Part shown: positions 49,611-60,229 of the stretch, piece by piece
Position numbering within the stretch: the stretch's first letter is position 1
How the letters are laid out: every line of letters starts with the position of its first letter
From: Desulfosudaceae bacterium
GTDB lineage: Bacteria; Desulfobacterota; Desulfobacteria; Desulfobacterales; Desulfosudaceae
Direction: 5' to 3'
DNA: 64,000 nucleotides
NCBI GenBank assembly: GCA_963674745.2
Contig: CAXXDV010000003.1
Coordinates: forward strand, 1,536,001 to 1,600,000
The notes under the pieces: model-generated
The model's database searches: none
What the model was told of the DNA's origin: nothing
The model's input: only the letters and a program-made list of their open reading frames with translations
Translations under genes and position numbers: made by a program

Positions 49611-51575
49611 ATGAATATGACCATTCGCAACAAGCTGTCTACGGGTATTCTAATTCAGGTCGTTTTTATCGCCCTGATCTGTTTCTTTCTGTTTTATCTG
49701 AACCGTTCGTTCAATCAGATATCCGATGCCAAACTCAGGAATACGGAACAAATCAACAAGATCAAATCGTTTACTTTGGGCATCAAGGATTATTTCAATA
49801 AAAGCCTTAGCTATGACCAGATGCAGAAAGATTTCAAACAAATGAAGTTTGATCTGGATAATGCGGTTCTGACGGATAACGTTAATGAGATCTGGAAGTT
49901 GCTGGGAGATATTGAAGAAAATCGTGCCCGGAACAAGACCATTGAATCCACACTTCTTGGTTTATGTGATCAGTCCATAGAGCAATCCTCGAATTTTATC
50001 AACAAACTGAGCCAGGCCCTGGCCGATGAAACCGCCCGCAAGGATGTCACCACGCTGGAGCGGCTGGTGATCAGCGGCGCCAATAACAACAATCTCTTTT
50101 ACGGCCGTATTAAAGTCCTGTTCTTAAAACTGACCAGTGAGATCACCGTAGAGAAAAAGCTGCTCGACCTGCTTGAGGCCGGCATGGAAAATGTCAAGAA
50201 AGATTATGAAAACCTGGCCAATACGCCCTATGCCGGTATGGCGCTGGCGGCCATGAAAGCCAATCAACAGGTTCAAGACCTGACCATTGATTATGTCGCC
50301 AACGTTAAGCAAGCCATTGAAATGCAATCGAACATAGAGCAGAAAACGGCTGAGCTGTCAACGCTGCTGAATGAAAAAGATATTGAAAGTACCAAAAACA
50401 GCTTTGCCTCCATTTCCACCATTTTTAGAAATGTGTTTATCGTGCTGCTGGCTGTTTCCATTATTTTAATTCTGATCAACTTAAATATTTCTTCATTGCT
50501 GAAGAATTTCATGGATGATTTCAGTGACCGCATCTCCGAACTCTCCGAAGGCCATTTATCGCTTACAACATCAAACCGTTATAAATTACGTAATGACGAG
50601 TTGGGACTCTTATATGGAAAACTGGAGCAGATGACGGAAAAGCTAAGGGAAGTGGTCTCCCAGGTCAAGAGCGCCGCGAACAATGTCGCCTCCGGCAGCC
50701 AGGAAATGAGCGCCTCGTCAGAGCAGCTTTCGCAGGGATCTACCGAACAGGCTTCCAATCTGGAAGAGATCACTTCCAGTATGGAAGAAATGGGCTCGAA
50801 TATCAATCAGAACGCGGATAATGCCACGGAAACCGATAAAATCGCCCGTCAGGCCTCTCTGGACGCGGAAGAAGGTGGACGCCAGGTCCAGGACACGGTT
50901 CAGGCTATGAGAGATATTGCAAATAAAATCAATATTATCGAAGAAATCGCCCGGCAGACCAATCTGCTGGCTTTGAATGCCGCCATTGAAGCGGCCCGGG
51001 CCGGTGAAGCCGGTAAGGGCTTTGCGGTGGTCGCGGCCGAAGTGCGCAAGCTGGCCGAACGTAGCGGGCAGGCAGCCAAGGAAATCGGCGAGCGTTCCGT
51101 GAGCAGTGTGGACGTGGCTGAAAAAGCCGGACGCATGCTGGAAAAGATGCTGCCGGATATTCACAAAACCGCGGAGCTGGTCCAGGAAATCAGTGCCGCT
51201 TCCAAGGAACAGACATCCGGTGCCGACCAGATCAACCGGGCTATTTCCCAACTGGATCAGGTGGTGCAGCAAAATGCCTCGTCAGCCGAGGAAGTCTCTT
51301 CCACGGCTGAAGAATTATCGGCCCAGGCCCAACATCTTCAGCATATCATCGGTTTTTTCACCATCGACGAATCCGGATCCGGTAAACGTTCGGGCATACA
51401 GAACGTGAGCAACTACGGCAATCGTCATCAAAACGTTAAATCAGCACCCATGAACCGTTTACTCGCTGAAAATGGCGGCCCGGCCCGAAGATCCTACGAT
51501 CGACCGACGGATGATGTTAATGATGAGCCGTTTCTGCTCGACAACGACCGGGATGAAGACGTGCAGCGTTATTAA
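49611..51575 (+). CDS. Methyl-accepting chemotaxis protein
   Basis: Two TMs; HAMP (DELG); [40 protein letters not shown]. Confidence 0.95.
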   Translation: MNMTIRNKLSTGILIQVVFIALICFFLFYLNRSFNQISDAKLRNTEQINKIKSFTLGIKDYFNKSLSYDQMQKDFKQMKFDLDNAVLTDNVNEIWKLLGDIEENRARNKTIESTLLGLCDQSIEQSSNFINKLSQALADETARKDVTTLERLVISGANNNNLFYGRIKVLFLKLTSEITVEKKLLDLLEAGMENVKKDYENLANTPYAGMALAAMKANQQVQDLTIDYVANVKQAIEMQSNIEQKTAELSTLLNEKDIESTKNSFASISTIFRNVFIVLLAVSIILILINLNISSLLKNFMDDFSDRISELSEGHLSLTTSNRYKLRNDELGLLYGKLEQMTEKLREVVSQVKSAANNVASGSQEMSASSEQLSQGSTEQASNLEEITSSMEEMGSNINQNADNATETDKIARQASLDAEEGGRQVQDTVQAMRDIANKINIIEEIARQTNLLALNAAIEAARAGEAGKGFAVVAAEVRKLAERSGQAAKEIGERSVSSVDVAEKAGRMLEKMLPDIHKTAELVQEISAASKEQTSGADQINRAISQLDQVVQQNASSAEEVSSTAEELSAQAQHLQHIIGFFTIDESGSGKRSGIQNVSNYGNRHQNVKSAPMNRLLAENGGPARRSYDRPTDDVNDEPFLLDNDRDEDVQRY

Positions 51576-51877
51576 GTTTAAGGGTATTTCTGAAAATTTG
51601 ATTTTCCAGGGTCTCGTGGGTTTATCCGGAAATGTGCCGGATGATGCACACGCCGGCCCTGATATTTCACCAAATATCGGGCTACAGCCAGCGCTTTAAA
51701 GGAAAGTGGGGACGTCCCTATTATCCTACCTATTATCCCACTTTTGCCGGTTGCCCCCGGTTTTTATTGCATCCGTAACAGATTTAAGAGAGGAATTGAC
51801 TCCCAGGCAGATTTTCGGTTTAATATCGATGGAAATAAAATCCATGTAGAAATCCACCCATCCTAACAGGAGGTAAC

Positions 51878-53146
51878 ATGTCGACTCAGGCCAACAAGAT
51901 CCAGACGTACAGATTTGAATACGATATTCCTGAAAATCCCGCAGATTTCAACCCTGCGGACTTTGTTGAGAAAGCGATATCCTGGGTGAAAAGCCTGGTG
52001 AAGCCGGGTGAGAAGATCGCTCTCTCCGCATCCGGGGGAGTTGACAGTACGGTCGCCGCGTTTCTCCTTGATCGTATCGTCGGCAAAGATCTTCATGCAT
52101 TCTTCATCGAAGACGGTTGCCGTCGCCTGATAAACGATAAACCCGAGGGAGAAGTCACGCGTAAAATCTTCAGCAAACTGAATTTCGAGGTCCTGGAGGT
52201 CAGGGACGAGATTCTCCCGCCGCTGGTGGGGCTTTCCGACGGTGAAGAGAAACGCAAGACGTTCATCGGCAACTACAGGAAAGTATCAGACAGGCATATC
52301 GCTCAGTTGGGTGCCTCCTGGATTGCAGACGGCACGATCGCACCGGACATTATTGAAACCGAAGGTGGCTTCAAAAGCCAGCATAATGTAGGCTGGAATT
52401 ATTCTGTCGGGAAGATCGAGCCGTTGGCGTCACTCGCGAAACCTCAGGTCAGGAAGGTCGGAGAGTACCTTGACCTTCCTCCGTCATTCACGCACCGGAT
52501 TCCTTGCCCGGGTCCCGCGCAAATTATCAGAACTGTAGGTGAATTCAACGAAGAGAAACTCCGTATTGGCCAACTCGCGTCCGACATCATCGAACAGGAG
52601 ACTGAGAAATATTACACTGAGAAACACGGTACCCCCTACCTTTACGACGAAACTACCGGCATCCGGACGCCCTTTCAGTACTTCGGAATGGCTCTTGACC
52701 CGCACATGGAACCCGACCAGGCCCTGGCAGATCTGGCGAACAGCATCCTCGGCGCGAACGCTGAATGCTTCAAGATGAATAGCCGAACGACGGTCGTCCC
52801 CGAAGAGGGAACGCGCCCCGAGGTCCCTATTTACAAACCTGTCTCCTGGATAAAGATCGACGGCGATATCGATTATGATAAGCTGAATACACTCTGTGTC
52901 GATGCATGGAAAAAACTTGAGCTTCCGCGCATTCTTCTCGAGATTTGCGCGAACAATGCGCCGAAAACCAGTTATGTTGTCGGCATGCGGGCGGTCGAGA
53001 GCGTGGCCGCAAAGCTGGCGCACCCGGTCAGGATAGATGAGGTCGCGCTCCTTGAGATGGGCAAAAAGATTGCCTCGCACACCGGCGCGTCGAGGGTAGC
53101 GTACGATATCAGCATCAAGCCACCGGCAACGATCGAATTCGAGTAG
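51878..53146 (+). CDS. GMP synthase ATP-pyrophosphatase-like protein without glutaminase domain
   Basis: SGGVDS PP-loop; GTIAPD; KSQHNVG; PCPGP; YDISIKPPATIEFE. Confidence 0.8.
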   Translation: MSTQANKIQTYRFEYDIPENPADFNPADFVEKAISWVKSLVKPGEKIALSASGGVDSTVAAFLLDRIVGKDLHAFFIEDGCRRLINDKPEGEVTRKIFSKLNFEVLEVRDEILPPLVGLSDGEEKRKTFIGNYRKVSDRHIAQLGASWIADGTIAPDIIETEGGFKSQHNVGWNYSVGKIEPLASLAKPQVRKVGEYLDLPPSFTHRIPCPGPAQIIRTVGEFNEEKLRIGQLASDIIEQETEKYYTEKHGTPYLYDETTGIRTPFQYFGMALDPHMEPDQALADLANSILGANAECFKMNSRTTVVPEEGTRPEVPIYKPVSWIKIDGDIDYDKLNTLCVDAWKKLELPRILLEICANNAPKTSYVVGMRAVESVAAKLAHPVRIDEVALLEMGKKIASHTGASRVAYDISIKPPATIEFE

Positions 53147-54254
53147 CTATTGTCTGTGGCTCAAATCCTCTCGCCCCGGCCAAAACATAGATATGAAAAA
53201 GGCACTTATGTTTAAGTGCCTTTTTCATTGGGTTATAAATCATACCCCCCCAATCAATCAAAGCGACTCCCCTTTCTTTTGCGATAATTTCTCCCCTCTT
53301 TGATGCACGGCTTACTGCTGATTGGCTGATCTCTAATTTCTGAGCAATCGCAACCGTGCTAATGCCCAACCTGCGTTGCGCCCAGAAACAAAGCAGCGAC
53401 CGTGCTTCTACGATTCGCGGTGATTTTCCTGAGGCTGTCACCAGATCGGTATTTATCCCCATTACTTCCGCCACACGTTCGATTACACGGTCAAAATCAT
53501 AACCCCTGATCCTTAAATCATATTTTTGTTCAAAAGATTCTTCAGCTGATTTTAGAACATTTATCACGAAATCACTGTCACCTAATATACGTTCATCTCC
53601 TCTTGATCGAATTCCTTCTTTACGGTGTTTCTGCAAAACAGTCCAACCGCCGGTACTCCGTATTAACCCTCCTCCGGTCAGGTCGGGGCGTTTGCCCTGT
53701 TCAACCCCACGATCAACAAATTTGCGATACTTCTTTTGCGCGATTTCTTTTCGTTCATCAAACCATCCGTAAACATAATCGGTATTCTGCCAAGCTCTTT
53801 TTACCACACCCATTAACGTGCCATGTCCGCACCAGGGATGTTTTTCAAGCTCATCCAGCCCTTTGACAATCCCGGCCCTTAATGGATTTAAATGGATATA
53901 ACGAACCAGTTCTTTCAGATATCGATCTTCCTGACATAAAATTGATTTATAACGGTTTTGAAAAAGATGACCATGACGCTGGTACTTCTTGTTGAACCAT
54001 CCCGCATACCCCGTAAGCAAGCGGTTCATGAATATGGAAATCGGTATAACCCCGGTTCTCATCACTAAATGGACATGATTGGGAATCAGCGCCCAGGCAA
54101 AACAATCGGTTTTGGTTTCTGGAATTAAAACTGAAAGCCGGTTAAGAAAATTCTCTCGATCAAAATCGGATCGAAATATCTGCCGTCTTTCGATCCCTCT
54201 GATAATCAGATGATGCAACGCTCCCGGAGCGTCGATTCTCGCCTTCCGTGGCAT
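53115..54254 (-). CDS. REP-associated tyrosine transposase (RAYT, Y1 HUH) with C-terminal DnaA-like HTH
   Basis: MPRKARID.PG.LHH..IRG; PNHVHL (HUH); GHLFQNRYKS; RYIHLNP; REP-A half at 54288-54316 just upstream; last ~45 aa look like read-through. Confidence 0.88.
   Translation of the reverse strand: MPRKARIDAPGALHHLIIRGIERRQIFRSDFDRENFLNRLSVLIPETKTDCFAWALIPNHVHLVMRTGVIPISIFMNRLLTGYAGWFNKKYQRHGHLFQNRYKSILCQEDRYLKELVRYIHLNPLRAGIVKGLDELEKHPWCGHGTLMGVVKRAWQNTDYVYGWFDERKEIAQKKYRKFVDRGVEQGKRPDLTGGGLIRSTGGWTVLQKHRKEGIRSRGDERILGDSDFVINVLKSAEESFEQKYDLRIRGYDFDRVIERVAEVMGINTDLVTASGKSPRIVEARSLLCFWAQRRLGISTVAIAQKLEISQSAVSRASKRGEIIAKERGVALIDWGGMIYNPMKKALKHKCLFHIYVLAGARGFEPQTIATRIRSLPVA
53158..53182 (+). 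other. Degenerate tRNA(Pro-like) 3' fragment, possible att scar
   Basis: ggctcaaatcctctcgccccggcca resembles a T-arm/acceptor end GGTTCAAATCCTCTCGCCCCGACCA; no 5' half. Confidence 0.6.
53196..53225. terminator. Bidirectional intrinsic terminator
   Basis: aaaaaggcactta-tgtt-taagtgccttttt. Confidence 0.75.
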
Positions 54255-54368
54255 ATTCTCTCCTTTTTATTCTCAATATCTCAGGTGGAAACGCATAAAA
54301 TCATAGACGTCCCCACTTCCACTCCATGCTTGCATCCCCCCTGGCTTTATAAAATATAATGCTTGTTG

Positions 54369-55727
54369 TTATCGGCTTAAAACACTTATGCACGTCCACC
54401 CTCCAGGTTGAGGATAAGTGCTTACAAAATTGTTCTTGCCGGTAGCAAAATACTGTTCTGTTTCTCCACCATCATGTATAAGGGTTAGGGTGTTCCCAGC
54501 GAGGCTCCACTGCCCCTTCCCGCTTACAGGGATCTCCTCTGTGGAATAAAGACCAGCATCCGTAACAGTAATGCCAGTGTTAACACCACTATAGGAAAAC
54601 TGACCATTAACATTAAAAGTGTATGTACCTGTACCAGTTACGGTGACCGTAATAGTACCGCCAGGGTATACTTCTGTATATGGATCACATGAAAGGCTGA
54701 AGTTCCAATTACCAGCTATTGTCGAACTGTCTCCGTCACCTCCACCACCACCGGACAGTGCAGCTGCAGTTCCTGCTACGGCGGCGGCTCCGGCAACACC
54801 AGCCCCGATCAGAACGCCGGCACTGAATCCTGTTTCACCGGCCCCGGCAGTTACGGTACAGCCCGAGGTCGCTGAAGCAGCCAGGTCGCTTGCCCCGGCG
54901 GCTTTTTCTGATGTATATAAACCGCCCGCCACCATGCCGAATCGAAGCCCTGATTCGACTTTGTTCATGACGATGTTGTCAGAGAAACCGGGAAGTCCGG
55001 ACGGGACCTGGTCCAGCTCCATACTGACCGTGACGTTTTTTTCTTTATCGATATTCTGCCAGGCAGGCAGGCCGACCGTTAAATCCCTGTTCATCAAAAA
55101 CGGCCGGCTCTTTACTATTTCGTTAGCTTTGTTAACTGCAAGAAACAGGTATTGAATCTGTCCGGTAGATGAAGACGGGGCGGGAAGAATAGCGGAATAG
55201 CTGTATCCCCGATCACTTCCCCCGGTATGCATCATTGCCACAAATACAAAGTCCGCTTCGCCAGCGGCTTTAAAGTAGCATCTGGCCCGGTCTATGCCGG
55301 CAGGATCCTTGATGTTGACGTCTACCTGGATGCGATTTGCCGGAATAAAATATTCAGGCGGCGTGTGAGACATCTCGGCTTTACTGCTGCTCGCATACGG
55401 ACCACTGCTCACTCTGTCGTTTGCAAATGTACTGCCGGGTTCAGGCGTGGCTTTAAAAAGTATGTTTTCAGTTCCAATGTCAAGGGTGCCCGAAATATTT
55501 AGTCCGTTATCTTCTTGGAATTTTTTTAGGGCCTGCCTGGTCTTAGGCCCCATTGTCCCATCAACAGCCCCGACGCTATAGCCCTTTAAAGACAGTTCTT
55601 TTTGAATGTCGTAAACTGAATGGCTTTTGTCCTCAACGGAAAACGCTGAAAATGCATTCAGTATGAGTATTAAAAAAACAAAAAAGAAAACAAAATACTG
55701 GCATTCAACACGTCGAATCCTATACAT
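54369..55727 (-). CDS. Secreted peptidoglycan-binding domain protein with internal Ala/Gly TM and C-terminal beta domain
   Basis: IQKEL..KGY..G.VDG..GPKTRQALKKFQ..NGL..SG.LD; GAGVAGAAAVAG...SGGGGG. Confidence 0.75.
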   Translation of the reverse strand: MYRIRRVECQYFVFFFVFLILILNAFSAFSVEDKSHSVYDIQKELSLKGYSVGAVDGTMGPKTRQALKKFQEDNGLNISGTLDIGTENILFKATPEPGSTFANDRVSSGPYASSSKAEMSHTPPEYFIPANRIQVDVNIKDPAGIDRARCYFKAAGEADFVFVAMMHTGGSDRGYSYSAILPAPSSSTGQIQYLFLAVNKANEIVKSRPFLMNRDLTVGLPAWQNIDKEKNVTVSMELDQVPSGLPGFSDNIVMNKVESGLRFGMVAGGLYTSEKAAGASDLAASATSGCTVTAGAGETGFSAGVLIGAGVAGAAAVAGTAAALSGGGGGDGDSSTIAGNWNFSLSCDPYTEVYPGGTITVTVTGTGTYTFNVNGQFSYSGVNTGITVTDAGLYSTEEIPVSGKGQWSLAGNTLTLIHDGGETEQYFATGKNNFVSTYPQPGGWTCISVLSR

Positions 55728-55990
55728 GATATTTTGCTCCTTTTATGGGATTGGTTTTATTTAGGCAACGCTGCATTTCGACATCCAGATTACTTCCCAG
55801 GACGCAAACAGGCACTATGACGAGAAAAACAAAGTGATCAGAATATCTTTTCGAGGATGAATGCATTCATGACGATTGCCTTTCACCATGACGATTGCCT
55901 TTCACATAGATTGTGTATTTAATCAATTAAATAGCGAGGGAAACATATTATGAACAATGATTAATGTCAATTAAAAAAAGGGAAAAAAGT

Positions 55991-56103
55991 GGGGACGTCT
56001 ATGATTTTATGCGTTTCTTCAGCACTACGGGGAGAAACGCATAAAATCATAGACGTCCCCTTATCCCACGTCCCCTTATCCCACCGTCCCCTTCCCCTTA
56101 TCC
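55991..56103. repeat. REP family A doublet with stuttered right end
   Basis: Perfect arms followed by repeated tccccttatccca units. Confidence 0.85.
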
Positions 56104-57249
56104 CATATTCCGAGCAAACTGCATGTTCAGCCAGTCAAAGGTCAGGTCCAGCCAGTCTTCGTAATTCCCCATGGCACAGTGGTCGTCGTCTTTGTAAAGC
56201 TTTAAGAACGACGTCGGTACTTTCATGTTCAGCTCGATCGAGTCCCTGGTACCGGTCAAGGTGTCGTTTTCGCCGTTGATGATCAAGACGGGGATTGTTA
56301 TCTTGCGGTAGAGATCGTTTTTCTCGAATGACAGCGCGCCAGTCGCCCGGCGCAACGCGTGCAGGCTTTTGGCTCCCAATACTTTTTTTAACGCGGATAC
56401 GAATATCTCCGGCATGCCGATGGCGTTGCCGAATTTGAAGGCATAATGCAGGGGCGCGCCGCAGACCACGGCACAGTTTAAATTCGGACTCACGGCCGCC
56501 ATACGCGCGGACCAGTACCCGCCGAAACTGACGCCGACCATGGCGATCTTGCCGGCGTCCACCTGGGGATGGCCGGCAAAGTAGTCGATGACGCCTTTAT
56601 AGATCTTTTCCGATGCTGCCGACATGGATTTGGTATAGGCATACGTGCCCGGCATTTCCATTACGAAAACACCCATCTCGGAATCTTTGTATTTTTGAAG
56701 GGGAATGAGTATCTCCTGAAGGGTACCTTCCAGCCCGTTGGTGATGATGATCATGGGGCCCTTCTTGTCACCTTTTGGAAAACGCACATAACCGTCAACT
56801 TTTTCGCTTTCAATCTCGAGGCGAAGATACTCCAGCCCCTCTTCGTACATGGGCACGATCTGCGCAAGCATCTCTTTGGCCTTGTGGTATGCCTGCATCC
56901 TGAGCGGAGAATCTCCAGGAAAAGCGGAAACCGTGTAATATGTTATCGCCTTGGCCAACAGATCTCTTATTTGATCACGGTTGGTTTCTCCTCCCGCAGA
57001 AAACGACGTCTCAGCCTTTTTTTCATATTCTGCGGCAAAGGCATTCCAGTATGCGCACCATTCGGATTCTTCGAATGTCTTGATGCTGTCAAGCTGGCGC
57101 GTAAAAACATCCGTGTCCAATCTGCCCATGTTGGCGTAACGGAGTCTGAATAATTTGGGCAGGAAAAAGCGTACCCCCAGAATCCCGGCGGCTTTTTCCG
57201 TCCGCCGCGTCAGCATGCATAAGGTGACGAAGACGTCTTTTAATAACAT
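56098..57249 (-). CDS. Alpha/beta hydrolase (FrsA/DUF1100-like)
   Basis: NGLEG; EMPG; GVSFGGYW; NGEND; DHC. Confidence 0.85.
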   Translation of the reverse strand: MLLKDVFVTLCMLTRRTEKAAGILGVRFFLPKLFRLRYANMGRLDTDVFTRQLDSIKTFEESEWCAYWNAFAAEYEKKAETSFSAGGETNRDQIRDLLAKAITYYTVSAFPGDSPLRMQAYHKAKEMLAQIVPMYEEGLEYLRLEIESEKVDGYVRFPKGDKKGPMIIITNGLEGTLQEILIPLQKYKDSEMGVFVMEMPGTYAYTKSMSAASEKIYKGVIDYFAGHPQVDAGKIAMVGVSFGGYWSARMAAVSPNLNCAVVCGAPLHYAFKFGNAIGMPEIFVSALKKVLGAKSLHALRRATGALSFEKNDLYRKITIPVLIINGENDTLTGTRDSIELNMKVPTSFLKLYKDDDHCAMGNYEDWLDLTFDWLNMQFARNMG

Positions 57250-57265
57250 GGGTTCCCCCTTTTCA

Positions 57266-58276
57266 TTACTGCATGATTTCCCTGAGCCAGGCCGTTACCG
57301 GCGGAACAACCTCGCCCACATTGTTGGTCATCACCAGGTGTTCCGTGTCCTTGAGCAGAAGATATTGTTTCCGGCAGGTCAACCGGTTGTATATGCCCTC
57401 GACATACGCCTGCGGAAATATATTGTCGTTGCCCGCGTGTATCAGCATGACCGGAACGTTGATTTGCTCCACCGGTTTGGCCAGGTCTGTGCGCAACAGT
57501 GAATTCAGCGCCCTGAAGGTGACCCAGGAAACGGCCAGGGGATCGGTTTTAAGCAGCGTTGCGGCATCCGTGCCGTCGGGGAATTTCTCCTTTTTAAGAT
57601 CAAGGTACAGGGAAACCGGGATCGAGTAGCCTGCATACAGGTTCATAAGAAACCTGGCCGCCGGAACCAGAAATCGTGGCGGCCGGATGGTCGACAGCAC
57701 CAGGTTGTCTTTCCCGTTCAGGTCGGCGATGTTGTGGCAGACAACGGCGTTTAATGAATCGTCGCGGGCAGCGGCGTAGAAGGCGACCATACCGCCCTGG
57801 CTGCTTCCGGCCAGGGCGACCTTGCCGCCGAACCGTTTACGAGCGTATTTCACAACCGCCAGGGTGTCGTCGACCAGACCGTTGATGGTGTAATCTCCGC
57901 GTGGCCCGCTGCTCTGTCCGTGACCCCTCGGGTCGAACCCGATCAGGTTGAACCCCTGCTTGTACATGTCATATCCGAATTGCGCGTATACCTGGGCGTA
58001 AGCCGTGGTACCGGGAATGCACACCAGGCTGGGCGCACCTTTGCCGGCAACGGCCACAATCAAATGAAGCCTGTACCCGTTGGCGTCGATATAGGTTTGC
58101 TCCATGACCGATCGATCAACCTTCATCTTCATCCGTTTGATCATGATGTCTTCATATTCCCGGAGGGCTGTCTCGTCGGGAAGCTTCCGGTTCTGGTAAG
58201 CGCGGCTGATTGCGTACCAGACGATATGGAAAAGGCCGATAAGGAAAATGACAATAAGAACAATTGTTTTTATCAT
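57266..58276 (-). CDS. Alpha/beta hydrolase (lysophospholipase-like) with N-terminal TM
   Basis: DPRGHGQS; GSSQGG; GNDNIF; EHL. Confidence 0.85.
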   Translation of the reverse strand: MIKTIVLIVIFLIGLFHIVWYAISRAYQNRKLPDETALREYEDIMIKRMKMKVDRSVMEQTYIDANGYRLHLIVAVAGKGAPSLVCIPGTTAYAQVYAQFGYDMYKQGFNLIGFDPRGHGQSSGPRGDYTINGLVDDTLAVVKYARKRFGGKVALAGSSQGGMVAFYAAARDDSLNAVVCHNIADLNGKDNLVLSTIRPPRFLVPAARFLMNLYAGYSIPVSLYLDLKKEKFPDGTDAATLLKTDPLAVSWVTFRALNSLLRTDLAKPVEQINVPVMLIHAGNDNIFPQAYVEGIYNRLTCRKQYLLLKDTEHLVMTNNVGEVVPPVTAWLREIMQ

Positions 58277-58300
58277 GTAACGTCTCCTTTGAGGTATGAA

Positions 58301-59116
58301 TCAGTCCAGCGGTTTGCCGAAAATGTTGCGGTATTCAAACTGGTCATGGCTGGCGATAAGCCTGACCTTATCGCCATGCTCCTGTACAATCTTTTTCAGC
58401 CGGTCGACTTGAACCATGGCCCGGCTGAAATTGACGTGGGCCACGCGCCGGAAGGCCCTGACCCCGAAGGACGCTTTGCCATTCTGACGAAGCTCCTCCT
58501 TGACATAATAAGCATCGCCGCAATGAAGAACCCAACCGGCTCCGGTGTCCACAGCCACACCGCACTGACCGCGCGTATGACCCTGCAGCGGGACAAGACG
58601 GATCTCGGGCGGCAGTTCCGGTATGTTTGCGATGCATTCGAAGCCAAACCATTTTTCATCGGATAACGCCTCATGAACGATCCACCTGGGGCCATGCGAA
58701 AAGTGGCATTGACGATAGCGTTCTTTTTCTGAAAACACTTTGGGGTGTAATACCGCTTCGCGTTCAGCCGCCAGCACATGCACGCTGGCTTCCGGAAAGT
58801 CGGAAAGGCCGCCGGCATGATCGCGATCCAGATGGGTACAGATAATGTGACGGACATCTTCCGGCGCAAAACCCAGCTTCTCGATTTGACGTATAGCCGG
58901 TTGATCAGGATCCGGCCGGGTATTTAACAGCAATTCCCCAGGCCCTAACCGGCCGGTATCCGCCATGTCCCTGGTGCCGAAACCCGTATCTACCAGCACA
59001 AGCTGATCCCCTGTTTCAATGAGCATGCAGATCGCCGGCGATCGATCCAGACAGGACACGAATAAGCCGGCGCCTCTGGGATACATGGTGGCGCAGTTCA
59101 TATAATGAATTTTCAT
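58301..59116 (-). CDS. MBL-fold metallo-hydrolase
   Basis: DTGFG; THLDRDHAGGL; GHTRG; GDA; SHD. Confidence 0.9.
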   Translation of the reverse strand: MKIHYMNCATMYPRGAGLFVSCLDRSPAICMLIETGDQLVLVDTGFGTRDMADTGRLGPGELLLNTRPDPDQPAIRQIEKLGFAPEDVRHIICTHLDRDHAGGLSDFPEASVHVLAAEREAVLHPKVFSEKERYRQCHFSHGPRWIVHEALSDEKWFGFECIANIPELPPEIRLVPLQGHTRGQCGVAVDTGAGWVLHCGDAYYVKEELRQNGKASFGVRAFRRVAHVNFSRAMVQVDRLKKIVQEHGDKVRLIASHDQFEYRNIFGKPLD

Positions 59117-59182
59117 GCCAGCCTCCCCTTTTCACAAACACAATTTTTGGTAATTAAGCAGTGGATCAAAATCGGTTTTTTC

Positions 59183-59236
59183 TTGAGCGTGCTCCAACTT
59201 CCAGCGGTTGTCAATAAAAATTTGAGCGTGCTCAAA
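59183..59236. promoter_or_regulatory. Two TetR-type operators TTGAGCGTGCTC(A/C)A
   Basis: 59183-59196 and palindrome tttgagcgtgctcaaa 59221-59236 between divergent genes. Confidence 0.7.
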
Positions 59237-59277
59237 AAATGTTGATTTATGCATCCGGATTCATTATTTATAGGGGT

Positions 59278-59907
59278 ATGGAAAATGTCAGAGAAAAGAT
59301 ACTGGATGTATCGCGGGAATTGTTTCTTGCCCAGGGATATCAAAAAACCACCACCCGGCAGATCCTTGCCAAAGCAGGCATAAAAAACGGCACCCTGTAT
59401 CATTTTTTCAAAAACAAGGAACAGATTTTCATGTACCTGGCAGCCGGCTTGTTCGACGAGGCATCACGGGTGGTTGACGAATTGGCAGGAAAAGATAACA
59501 GCCCTGTTTTAAAATATGCGATTGCAATGATCCTGGAGTTTTACGCGGTCGAAAAACATGAACGACTGGCGGAACTGTTTTATGAGGCTTACAAGTCATG
59601 GACTGTTTTGGCGTTTCTGACACAAAAAGGAACCCGGAAAAATAAAATGCTTTTCGAATCCTTTAATCCCGGTTTTACGGATCAGGACTATTACGTCCGG
59701 ACCATGGCCATAAAGAGCTGTATTTCCGGTTTTATCGCGGAACGATATCAGAAAGGGGAAATCTCATATCAAGATAAAGCAACGACCATTCTGGAATTGT
59801 CCCTGTCTTTGTTCAACGTTCCCAAAACGGATATCAAGACCACCATAAAAAAATCGAACGACATCATAAAAAAGAAAAAGATCATTATTTCCGGTTTTAA
59901 AATATAG
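59278..59907 (+). CDS. TetR/AcrR family regulator
   Basis: TTTRQI...GTLYHFFKNKE. Confidence 0.9.
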   Translation: MENVREKILDVSRELFLAQGYQKTTTRQILAKAGIKNGTLYHFFKNKEQIFMYLAAGLFDEASRVVDELAGKDNSPVLKYAIAMILEFYAVEKHERLAELFYEAYKSWTVLAFLTQKGTRKNKMLFESFNPGFTDQDYYVRTMAIKSCISGFIAERYQKGEISYQDKATTILELSLSLFNVPKTDIKTTIKKSNDIIKKKKIIISGFKI

Positions 59908-60229
59908 GGCACCTATAGTTTTCAAGGGTTTGCGGGATTGGATGGCTTAAAAGGCCCTTTCTGCCTCTGAAAAGGACAGTCTAAGCTTTTTTATTTCTGG
60001 ATTCCGGGTCAAGCCCGGAATGACGAAGGAAGGTATGGATCTCGGATCGGGGTCCGGCATGACGAAGGAAAGGACGACCCCAGCCGGAGATATTGACAGG
60101 CAGGGCCGACATTGCTATCAGTACACATACAAAATCTCTTATCAGCTCAGTAAGTTTGTCGTCCGGCCCCGTTTGTGATTACAGAAGGCGGGGGGATTTT
60201 CAAATTTTCATAGTATAAGGTGAAACAAT

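Noticed and set aside
53158..53182. Functional tRNA gene
   Set aside because: Only the 3' 25 nt are present, with mismatches; no D or anticodon arm
55868..55905. 19-bp tandem duplication catgacgattgcctttcac
   Set aside because: Only two units and no supporting context; probably replication slippage
18616..56103. REP-A and REP-B repeats as a CRISPR array or integron attC sites
   Set aside because: Dispersed inverted pairs with no regular spacers, no cas genes, no integron integrase and no consistent RYYYAAC/GTTRRRY boxes
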